Under the pieces are notes generated by a model that was not told where the DNA came from, searched no databases, and worked only from the letters and a program-made list of their open reading frames with translations. This document shows positions 50,787-61,375 of a stretch of 64,000 nt of DNA, piece after piece; the stretch's first letter is position 1, and the number at the start of each line of letters is the position of its first letter. The stretch comes from Amoebophrya sp. A120 (Eukaryota; Protista; Dinoflagellata): contig CAJINV010000003.1 in the NCBI GenBank assembly GCA_905178155.1, positions 10,919,272 through 10,983,271 on the forward strand. Direction: 5' to 3'. A program made the position numbers and the translations under genes.

Positions 50787-51010
50787 ACAAAAAATTCACG
50801 ACCTACAAAACGGTGTAGGATCACCTCACTGCATGTACCAGAGGACCCTTGCCGGTCGTGCGATCTCTTACAAGTTTCATAATTTCATTAAACGCCAAAC
50901 CATACCAGCCCTGTTTAAAGTCATTAAGAAACTTGAAGAGAGTCGACGACCAAGAGAACCCGAACATCAGCAAAAACCCCTTCAGCAAAGTTGTGAACTT
51001 CAGCGTTCAC
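50787..51010. repeat. Internal juxtaposed Y+X junction copy
   Basis: Y (50787-50888) abuts X (50888-51010), sharing one T. Confidence 0.95.
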
Positions 51011-51511
51011 ATTTCTCAAATATTTCTTTCAATTCACTGGCTGTGACCTCGTACTTTGGCGTGGTGGTGCGCGCGAGCAAATCAACGCAAATCTTCTGAA
51101 TCAAGTGCAAAACCTGAAGGCCGACAAAAACGAGCCTTTCAGGTCATCACGCTGAGGCTCCTGTTGTGACAGTACAAAGGCAGACCCGGGAGGAGCTATC
51201 TCAGCATCTGTGGATCGGTCAGCCCAACACAAGGCTGGGCCGACGTCACTCTACAACGAGCTCCATGCCCGGATCTGCGCGAAAATGCGCTGCGAGGCAC
51301 ACTTCCTCCACAAGACCCCCAAAAGGTAGCGAAGCAACGACTGAGCCGAAGCAACGCAAAAAGCTGCACGCGCCTCACCTCGCATCACACTCTTGCGCTC
51401 AGTCACGCGAACATCATCGAACTTCAACGAATCAGACTACGGAAGCTGGGGGTGGCGTGTCGTGCTTCCTTGGACACTCTCCTCCTGAACCACATGCATC
51501 ACGTCACGCCC

Positions 51512-51613
51512 ACAAAAAATTCACGACCTACAAAACGGTGTAGGATCACCTCACTGCATGTACCAGAGGACCCTTGCCGGTCGTGCGATCTCTTACAAGT
51601 TTCATAATTTCAT
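51512..51613. repeat. Split direct repeat Y, terminal copy (102 bp)
   Basis: Identical to 50787-50888 (ACAAAAAATTCACG...CATAATTTCAT). Contains a small hairpin CCTACA..TGTAGG. Confidence 0.97.
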
Positions 51614-51871
51614 AAATCATAGTGCCCTGAGGATCAGCGTTGTATTCTGATTCCGGTCGTTGTCATCGTCTATGATACCGCGATTTGTATTTTTTCTCCT
51701 TGTGGGGACTTCGTGTTTGCGTGGTACACCCAGATCGTGATTATTTCTACGAGTTCCTGCTGTGCAAGTGCAGCTTGCTGCGTAGATTGAGATTTTATGT
51801 GATGTTTTTGTTGTTGAACCTTTGGAACAATGTTGACAAGAATATAAGGGCGGGTGAGTGTTGATTCGACC

Positions 51872-54800
51872 ATGGAAGCGCCGGCCGCAAGCTTTGCTCC
51901 TGAGTCCGGGACGCGGTCTTCTCCCGAGGAAGTACAACAACCTCAAGAGGACAGAGCCGCAGCGTCTTCGCGATCGCAATGTAGTGGTGGATGGTTCTCC
52001 ACCACAAAAAGCGCGCTCCATCAGATATTTCTGATGGATAATCTGAATGTGTATTCTGTGTTGAGCCTCGAGGCATGGTGCAACGCCGTCAAGGACGGGC
52101 TTTGGATGCGACTCATGTCCGTCTACGTCTTGGTTCTCTTCGCCGGCGACCCCCGCAACGCCGGCGTCGTCCTCATGGTAAGCGGGTTGACCCGCGCCTT
52201 GTCGGGCGTGGTTACCGGCACACTGCTTGTGCCCGCCTCCAGTGCCGACGTGCTGCTGCAGGCGGCCGGCTGGCTTGGCATTTTGGGATTGCTGGCGAAC
52301 ACGTTCACATTCTGGACCGCCCGAGCCGCAATTTGCAATCCTCAGACAGGAGTCTTCTCGAACTTGTTCAGCAGCATTATTTTTTTGGCGCGTGAAGATG
52401 AAAACGTGGAAGAAGATCTTCCTCGTGGCCCCGCTCTGACATGGATCGGTGACGTTGGGACCAGAGGACAGACATTGCTTCATTCTCCGGAGAACGCTGC
52501 GAAAGCAGTGAACGCTTTTGATGCCGGGGGTGCGTTTTTACGGAGTGACGTAGGTGAGACCTACCATATCCACAGTAACAAATTTCCCGTACACGTAGAA
52601 TGTGAATGAATGCGGTTTCTGCAGCATGACTACAAGCTTTTCGTCCTGCAGTGGTCATATAAAGCATGACAGGTGCGTGGCGTTCTTTAAGTATGGCGAA
52701 ATTTGTGCTGGTTTTGGTACTTACGTGAGTTGCAGCTGCAGGGAATTTGTATTTTTGCATATGGATATGCCATCAAGCCGAGGAGTTTCGCGACGACGAG
52801 AAGCAGCGCATGCTGTTTCTCAAGGTTTTGGCAGTCAACTTCATTTGGGGTCTGTTCACTGGCATCTCAAATGCCAGTGGAGAGGTGGCATGGGCGCGTT
52901 CAGTGGTGTCCGAGAAGCGCGTCGATGCGAATCTGGGTCGGCAAATGCTGAACAAAGCTACCACCGCCTGCGGGCCCTTGCTCGGCATTTTGTTTGTGAT
53001 GTCTCTCCAGCACAACGACAAGAACCAGGTTCAGTTTGCAAGCAGAAGTGCCGCGGACACGACAGTAGAACATGCTCAGACCACTCCTGGCTACACCCCG
53101 CGAGGAGGAGCTCCAAGGGCCTCCGAATCCGACATGACGTTCTTTGACCGCAGTTCTGCGCTCAACATACTGAATGCGCCGCCAACCACTTCCGGTTCTG
53201 ACGTGAGGCCACTTGAGCGCAGTTCAACATCAACTTTGGACACGCGGACGAAGCTGCGCGAGCTTCGGGACGCGGGCTGGTCGCTCGAGATGCTGAACCA
53301 CGTGATGCTCCTCGGCACGCTGCTGACCGTGGTTCCGGTTGTGACCTGTTTCTTTATGCATTGCAAATATGTCTGGGTCTGGAAGACAGTAACTTGTGAT
53401 GCTAAATCTGCATCATGCTAAAATCTATCTGTGTTGCATAAGTGCCAAAAGCTTTCCACTTTCGACCAAGTTGGGAACGGATTTCTCATGCAGGACAGGC
53501 ATGACAGAGACCTCGCAGAGTTTGTCATGCTAGGCCCCGCATTCCAGACCTCATGGGTCATGGAAAATCTGCATGACAAGTTGCATTCTTCCAGACCCAG
53601 ACATATTTGCATTTAATATTCTTCTTTGATCAGCGATTCGAGATGCGTCAGAAAATTCTACTGCGCGAGATTCGAAAGCTGGTTTTCCTCTATGGAAGCG
53701 TCAGGTTTGAAATCGTCAAAGTTGAAATAGTTTGCCATGCATAAAATGCAGCCCTCAAAGTGCCTGTCTTGCAGAGTAGGCAAGTGAGGCAGATTGTAAG
53801 CCTTTTGAGGGATAGAAACTGAGCTGCTAAAGTAGCATGACAAAAGGCGTCTTTCTTACCCAAACAGCATGACAAACTGGATTTCGGCTCTACCCAAATT
53901 TGTCATGCGCTACTTGGAAACTGGGTCACGACTTTCATCCATTCTATGCATTACAAGTTATTTCAACTTTGTCGATTTCAATCCTGACACATCCATATCC
54001 TCGATCCCGAAGTTGTCCCTGTCGCAGCAGAGGGAGTTAGCGACGGTGCCTACAACTTGGCACCACCTCCTCTAGGTCCGCCGCCGACGGGAAATATTAA
54101 GGCAGATGAAAGAAAAAATGAAGGTAAGAGGGAGAAGATGAAGATGAATCAGCCTTACAGGAGAACCTCCTCTGCTGCCGGAGGGGTCGGAGTCCGTGTT
54201 GAGGGGTTGGGGGATGAGAAAGTAGGCTCAGGCTTTCAACACCATCATCTCGATCCAGCTGCAAGTGCCCGAGCGCTGTCGACATCAATGGGCACATCAA
54301 TCATGGCCAAGAAGCTGCGACCCAGGCCCAGCGGCATCCAGCTTGGCGATTTCTGCCACAAGGTTGAACTCTATTGCGACAGGCTGACAAAGTACAGCTT
54401 TGTCGCTGCCCGTCCCGGCTTTGTTCGCCTCAGCTACCCTATCCGGCCCTCTTCGCGGTACGCCAGTCTGTCGGTTTTGAAGAAAACGACTTTGGAGGAA
54501 ACGGATCTGCTGCTTGGAAAATCCTACGACGCGACAATTAACTTAGCGCCATTATTCTTTGATGAAAATGGCACGTCACTTCTGTCGAATAAGCAGCGCT
54601 CTCTTATGAACCACTTCTACAACCTGCACACACACCAGGAGCTGCTTGGGAATAAGGAACATGCTATGGGAGATGAAAGAGGACCTCCGCCAGTGGGAGG
54701 ACGACCAGGTGAACATGAGACCGCCGCCAGCAACGCAAGCAGGAGGACAGATGATGATGACAATAAAGGCAGCTCTGGTTGTGCTGATCGTTGGAGCACT

Positions 54801-57800
54801 TCTAGTACTTCTGCAGCCGCAGAGCCGGAGCCGGAGCTACACAAACAACAGAAGTTGAAGCTCGTGCTCCGCATTCCAGAGGTGGACCCCTTGGTGAAAG
54901 TGGTTTTCAAAGACAGCAGCCAAGCGCCCCTGCGCGCCACACTCAGCAATCTGAAAATCTTCCTGGATCCGGTCAAGTCGGTGGACTGTCAGACATCGAC
55001 CATTGTCTGCTCGCTCTCCCCAGAAAGCGACGAGGCCAAAATCCTCAAGCGAAGTCTGGCTGCCTCCTCGGACTCCCTGATGTCGAGAATAGGCGAGATC
55101 GTCTCCTTGCGCTCCACATTCCATACCTGCTACAGGCTCTACAAGTGGTGCGGTCACTGGCGGCGCAGCTGCGACATCAAGAGCTCCACCTCGCGCGCAG
55201 ATCAGGACGCCTCTTCTTTTCCCGGGTCTGATGCGCGCGAGCGCTCCGCGGCTTCTCAAACAGATGCGCAGCCAGCATTGGAAGTAGCGAACCACAGCTG
55301 TACTAGCAGAGAGAAGTTCACGACGACGAAACACGACCCCAGGGCGAGCAGTATTGACGTCACGTCCATTGAGGCTGCACTTTTTTCCCCTCAGAGTCGT
55401 GACGCATCGAAAAACTCGACAGACAATTTTTTGCGGTCCGCATCGATCCCGCTGCTCAGCGAGAAAAAGACACGGTATGAACGAGCAAGCGCGAAGCCTG
55501 AACTTCGAGGAGGCACGCAGGTAGAAGTCTCTAGAACGGGTAAAAATGACGCAGCACCCGCTTCTTCCTTTCCCGGAGCTCAGCACCTGCAAAAGGATTG
55601 CGTGGGCACAAGTTCTCTCAGCCAGCCCTTGCTCAAAAATATCGATATTAATAGCCCCGCCGGAACCACAGACCATCTTGGTCTGAGCCCGATCATTGCA
55701 GAGGCCTATCGGAAGCACCGCAAGCAGATAAGTGAGGAGGTAGGTACACGTCGAGAGCGAAACCGAGACCGGATATTTCGCGACCTCCAGCTGGAAGACG
55801 AACAAGAAGGCCGAACTTTTGCACCCGAGTCTGCACGACCTCCACCTGAGGACAAGCAGGTCCCGCTGGGACCGCAACATGCTAGCGCAGCAGAGATGAT
55901 GAAAAAGGCTACAAAACAAGAAGGGGCCAACTTCGACGAAAAGTTAGTGCCGCCCCGCCCGTCAACCGGAATCGTGAAACTTGATCGCAACATGCGTAAG
56001 CAGCAGCTTCGGGTGAAAATGCAGCCCGCGCCAGGCGAAAAGGGCAACGTCAAGAAATCTTTCGGGAGTAGCGCTTACCGACCCAATCTTTATGGTGCCC
56101 GCGTGATTCTGGGATGCGATCTATTGAACGCGGTGGCGACCGGGTTTTCCGGGAAGTTGATTCCTTTGTTTCTGGTGCAGCACTACGGCTTCTCACCGGT
56201 GGATGTGCTGTGGGTGGCCTTTTTTTCCAACGTGTGTGCTGTTTGGGTCGCACCGTACACAAAAACCGTCATCAGCTGGACCCGAGACCGTGGCTACCCA
56301 GGAAAAGCTGGCGTCTTGCTGGTCTGGCTCCTTGGTGCGGGGCTGTTTGTATCCCCCAGAAAAGTGCACGCATGCTCATACCCGAAAACATATATATCAA
56401 CCCGCACCACGGGGAGGTTTTAGTGCAAGTGCTACAACGGGGCTGCTCTGTGCTGCTCAACATGACAAACTTTTCTGATACTTTTCGCACGCGAATTGCA
56501 ATCGCTGGAGCGCGTATAGCATTACAATTTACAACAAAGAAGCATGCATATTATATATAGCATTTTGCATGACAGAGTAAACATGAAATTTCCCCTCTCG
56601 TTGCGTTCGTATTTTTCGGAATTTTTCAGTGACACCCACACCACTTCAGCAGCGCAACTTCTTTTTACCTCTCATGCCTGTGCTTTTCTGTGACTATGGG
56701 ATAGTTTTCCGTCTTGTGTCTACCGCTGGAAGACTTCCTCGCTCGGGAGACCGCCCGGTAAGCATAGCAAATATGTTTGTATTCTAGGTTTGAAAACTTG
56801 TGTATCTGCTGTTGATACACAAGTTGCAGAGAAGCGGCTGCTTGCACGACGTAGCAGCATCGCAAGTTTTTCGTTGCACCAGTCTTTTTATTGCAGGTTT
56901 ATTGTCATTCGTCAAAGAACGCATAAAGAGCACGAAAAAATAGCTGGAGGTGACCACTTGGACGATTCACGATCACGCGCCACACATCTTGTTGCCCTTG
57001 AATTCTTGCCAGACAAATCCACACCTAGACTACACATTTGCAATGCATAAGCGCTGGCTTACGACAATTGCGATAATTTTGCGCATATCAAGTGTAAATA
57101 TGTTTGGGTCTACTTAAAGGTCAAAGTTGCCGTGATGCTGGTTGGTCGTGAGTCAGGAGCTTTCTTGATCACGCCTTGATTTTTGACGGCCAGGAATTTT
57201 TTGATGAGGAGGTGTTGCCCATTCTGCATATCAAACTGCGCTCCATCTGTATGTCCGAAATGAAGAATTGGGCTTCGGTTTGCTGCGTAATGTGCATGAC
57301 ATACTTGAGGGTTAAGGTTATGCAAGCCGAACATGACCACAGTGACAAATTTTGCACTCATTCTGCTTCTCGAGTAGACCCAGACATATTATTTGCCATG
57401 TATAGGCCAATGCAGTGAACGGTTCCGCGAAAAGCTACCTCCGGGCGAAGCTGGTGAGCTACCTCCCGCACGACAAACTTCCAAACTACATGGCTTGGGA
57501 CACGCTCAACAAGGCACAGCAGGGCGGGCTGGTCATTTTCGGGTCGCAGCTCGTCTTTTTCGGTGGCTACCGGTTCTGTTTTGCGTTGACGCTTATCTTC
57601 TTGGCCTTCCGGTGGCTGGTATTCTACTGGTTTATCGCTTCTACGCACGGCCGCAACTGGTACCGCCTGGATGAAAGAAGTGCTACCTCCTCCGAAGTGC
57701 AAAAAGTTCAAGTTTCAAGCAGCAGTATTACGTTCGGCGGAGTAGGGGTTCCAAATCCAGTGACGACTGGGGGTAAAAACATCGGTGTTGCCACCGTGGG

Positions 57801-59885
57801 GCGATTGATAAAAACAGCGGCTGCAAACAATACCCATAGCAGGGCAGGCGATTCGGCGGCAGCTGGCCTGCCGCGCGAAGCCCCTGCCCCCTCTCCGCCC
57901 GAACGCCAGGCCTAGGCCCAGGATCGGCCGCAGCCGTCCCACAAGCTGGCCAGATCGGCGCAGAGGCTGAGGGGAGGGCGCTGCCCAAGGTCTGCACCGG
58001 TGCGCGCCCCTGACCCTACCCGGAGGCCCCCCGCGCCCGAATCTGGCTGGCTCCAGCGCGCTGCCGGCCTCGCCAAACTTTCGCCAGAGCTTGGTGTGAC
58101 AGCTGCCCGAAGGCGCGTAGGCGTATAGGGGCTATGTATAGGGTTGCTCTCATGGATGTGCACAGGCGCGCCAGCATGAGGTAAAAGATGGCGCAAAAGC
58201 GCCTGCTTCCGCACAAAAACATGCCCGAGGTGCAAAGTTGTGAAATAGTAAAAAGCGGTCAGATTCTGACGAAAAGGAGACCCCTGACCTCTAGAGGTCT
58301 GGGGTCTCCTTTGGGGTCTCCTTTTGCCACTTTTGGCTCGTGATTCAAGATAGAAGTTGTGGAACCTCTAGAGGTCAGGGGTCTCCTTTGTCGTCTCCTT
58401 TCGAGAATAGCATGGCGATTGGAAGCAGAAAAAGCCCCGCAGGAAACTCGACCTCTAGAGGTCAGGGGTCTCCTTTGTGGTCTCCTTTTCGTCAGAATCT
58501 CGCCCTGTTTGCAGTTTCAATAAAGTAGGCCAAAAAAGGCCCGACCTCTAGAGGTTTTGGTCTCCTTAGGGGTCTCCTTTGGGGTCTCATCGGCTGTAGT
58601 GCCACCGTGCAAGGTGTTGCCTATAGGTTTTTGTCTCCTTGTTCGTCAGGTCTTTGGTCTAGTTGGTTGCAGTCTATAGTTCTCTTGGGTACTTTCGGCG
58701 GAGTAGGGGTTCCAAATCCAGTGACGACTGGGGGTAGCGACGATATTACCAGCGGCATCGATAGAACCCTAGTGGAAATAGTACCATCTGCGGAGGACAC
58801 GACGGCTGCCCCTGTTGGAATGAACTTCATCGGCCAGATGAACGGAGAGTCCAGTGCGCCCAGAGGACCGCTGCACAACACTGCGGCGCAGTTGAATGAC
58901 CAATCGATGCACCATGTTAATCATACGTCAACACTTGATGATGAAGAGAGGAGGTTTATTGTTCCGAGTGAAAGCAGAAAGGCCAAGGGTGAAGATGGTC
59001 ACGTTGACAGCACCAGCACGACTATTCCTTTTATTGCACATGATCCTGACAGTTTTCCTCGTCCTGCTCCCACCGTTGATGCGGATGCGTTGAGCCTGCA
59101 CATGAGCCAACAGCCCCTGCTCAAGATCCCGCTACCGCTGGATGACTCCCCGCCATTGCGGAGTGAGGGGGTCAGCAAGCTCCTAGCGGAATGGGAATTT
59201 GACGACGACGAAGATGCGGAACTCATTGAGCTGCAAGGCTACAGGACGAACCACGAGGAAGTTCTTGACAACCATGACACGGGTTCCTTTATTGCTGGGA
59301 GGTCGACGTTGACGCTCCATCGACCGGAAGAGTCCTCCGCGAGCGAAGAAGAGGACAATGCTGCAACTACGACGCACGCCGAGACTGAGGACGCGGTCGG
59401 TTTTTTTGGTACGTCGTCATCAACCGGCGCACGTGGCAGAAGTAGGAATCGTTTTTCGCGGGATTGATCAAGCAACAAGCCTGATGCAACCATGGCAGGG
59501 ACAGGTTTTGATATTGTCGTACTAGTTTTTTTCTGATTTAAGTACTTAGATAGGTTTTGGTGTCGAGGAGTGTCCCCCGCCGTCAAGAACAACTTTCTGT
59601 TTTTTTATGTATTAAGCAGATTGGCTGACCACGGGGACGGGGCGAAGGCGAAGCTCACGGATGTGCCGCAAAAATACTTATTTCGGACGAGGATGGTCTT
59701 TTCAGATTTATTTTGCAACAACGAAGTGCGAGTGCCTGCTGGTGACCAGCCTTGGGTATTTTCTGTCGCCATTCTTGATTATGATCATTTGGGGAATCAC
59801 CATAGCCCCCCGCTTTGATCGTGTTGGTACGACCACTTGCAGTGGTGTGATGTTCTTCATGTGGCGGAAGTTCGTCGGGGATTAA
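51872..59885 (+). CDS. MFS-like multi-pass membrane transporter with a very long central loop, multi-exon
   Basis: TM-rich pieces: VYVLVLFAGDPRNAGVVLMVSGL, LAVNFIWGLFTGIS, VILGCDLLNAVATGFSGKLIPLFLVQHYGFSPV, IAIILRISS..LVSYLPH..W, FGGYRFCFALTLIF. 3' end uncertain. Confidence 0.6.
53361..53611 (+). mobile_element. Introner-like non-canonical intron, TIR family 1 (best-preserved copy)
   Basis: Perfect 25-bp TIR TGCAAATATGTCTGGGTCTGGAAGA (53362-53386 / 53587-53611). Direct repeat TGCA(T). Removal continues the frame, FFMH|LIFF. Confidence 0.9.
53698..53990 (+). mobile_element. Introner-like intron, TIR family 2 (~50-bp imperfect TIR)
   Basis: GCGTCAGGTTTGAAATCGTCAAAGTTGAAATAGTTTGCCATGCATAAAAT versus the reverse complement of the right end, GTGTCAGGATTGAAATCGACAAAGTTGAAATAACTTGTAATGCATAGAAT. 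Confidence 0.85.
57094..57405 (+). mobile_element. TIR family 1 copy that forms a canonical GT-AG intron
   Basis: AATATGTTTGGGTCTACT ... AGTAGACCCAGACATATT. A GT-AG splice gives in-frame LRISS|ANAVNG. Confidence 0.65.
57733..58736. mobile_element. ~1 kb insertion bounded by a 43-bp perfect direct repeat
   Basis: TTCGGCGGAGTAGGGGTTCCAAATCCAGTGACGACTGGGGGTA at 57733-57775 and 58694-58736. Confidence 0.75.
58261..58500. repeat. 240-bp cassette with a 22-bp perfect IR and repeated GACCTCTAGAGGTC palindromes
   Basis: AGATTCTGACGAAAAGGAGACC (58261-58282) / GGTCTCCTTTTCGTCAGAATCT (58479-58500). Confidence 0.88.
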
Positions 59886-61375
59886 CGCTGTTTTCTGTAT
59901 TGTCTAAATGCACATAGAGTGCTTATTTCGTAGTATCATTCGACGATGATGTTTTTCTTTTGTCATTCCGAGCAAGGAAATCAAACGGAGAGATGGAGGC
60001 AGCAGTGGTCATCGGCTTCGCTCAGATGACCGATGACACACGCCTCGATTTTTTTGTTTTTTTGGTGTGTTTTTGATGAAAAATGAGCCACCAGAAGCAG
60101 AATGCAAGGAACGCAAATAGTGCCCACCATAGTTACTAGACTGCGAGACGTATAATTAGATTCAGAGTTCATCTTAGAAGCAAGTGAGACCACAAGGACC
60201 AAAACCTCCACCTGACATCATCTATTGGGGAACTCTTGTGAAGATCTGTTACGCCACCTAAGCCTAACCCATGGCGATCAAAACCGAGGTTCCTCCAAAG
60301 GAGACCATTCCTTTACGGGATGTCTACATCATGATTGGAATCGTTTTCGTCTTCGTTTGCGTCCTGTTTACCGTCCTGACACTTCAGCGTCAGTATGACG
60401 AGCGCAAATGGGCTGAACGAGAAAAAAAAGCTGTGAAAAAAAGCGAATGACAAAAAGCAGGCCTATTCTGTATTTCGATTCTGCGACTGCAGCAAGATGG
60501 AACCTTGAGCGTAAGCCTCTGGATGTAGAAGTTGTTGAAAAAAGCAATCTTTTGCTCTTTCCGTTCATTGTATCGCTTCGCCGGCTTCTTGTGCCTAGTC
60601 CTCCACCATCATTCATGGACAGTTGTAACAAGGAAGCGCTCAGCGCCCACGATGCGTCCTCCTGTGGCACGTCCCTTCAGATTCTGATAGTGTTCGAGGA
60701 GGAACAATAATTTGTTCGGTCATGATGAAGAACAAGAATATTGATTCTTGCAGCCAATGAAAGTTCTTGTGATGTCGGTTGTTCCAGTATCCCATGAAAA
60801 GTATTTAGATCCTCGCTGTTTGTTTGCTTTTCTACCAGCGCGTTGAAGCTACACAGTAGCCTCTTTTTGGAAACCAAATTCGTTATGCTCGCCCACTCTA
60901 TCTCCTGTGGCTAGGATCTCCTGTTTGATGTCGTAGTCGTTACCCCCGCCCACGTTATATTAGATTTTGTTTCATTTTATTGATTTTATAATTTTGCAGA
61001 ATTCGTCCTAAAAATTCAATGCTATTGATGAAAAAGAAGTTTTCATGTAGTTGTTAGTTTTACTTTTACTTAGCGACACTGCGCTCGTCGTCTTCACGCC
61101 GATATCCATAACTTTGTATACACTCGTGAGACCACAACTTTCAGTTCAACTACAACAGAACAGACTTCTACGTTTTCTTCGGAGTATTTGTTGTGAAAAA
61201 AAAAGATGCTGCGCTTGTCATTCGTGTGTTTGGCGGGATTGTCCTGCTTACCCTGCTCTGCCATCTCAAATTGTGTGTGAGTCAGCTCGTTCCTCAGTAA
61301 TCTGCTGTGGTGCAACAGCGCAGGTGTGCGGTGCATCTTCGCTTTGCAATTGCTACTACTCTTTGCGCCACGAAA

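Larger units (their letters stand above)
45798..51613 (-). mobile_element. Tyrosine-recombinase (DIRS-order, PAT/Ngaro-like split-direct-repeat) retrotransposon
   Basis: Encodes YR, Gag-like and RT ORFs on the - strand. Repeats are arranged X...YX..Y with identical copies. No TSD. Confidence 0.92.

Noticed and set aside
45798-51010. Repeat X pair as LTRs of an LTR retrotransposon
   Set aside because: No TG..CA ends, TSD or DDE integrase. The second repeat Y and the tyrosine recombinase fit a split-repeat element.
54837-55919. 360-aa minus-strand ORF and similar antisense ORFs (e.g. 5610-6344, 30012-30677, 39026-39805)
   Set aside because: Shadow ORFs opposite GC-rich coding exons, with no recognisable motifs.
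58326-58339. GCCACTTTTGGCTC resembling the dinoflagellate spliced leader
   Set aside because: Short gapped match inside a repeat element, not upstream of a start codon.
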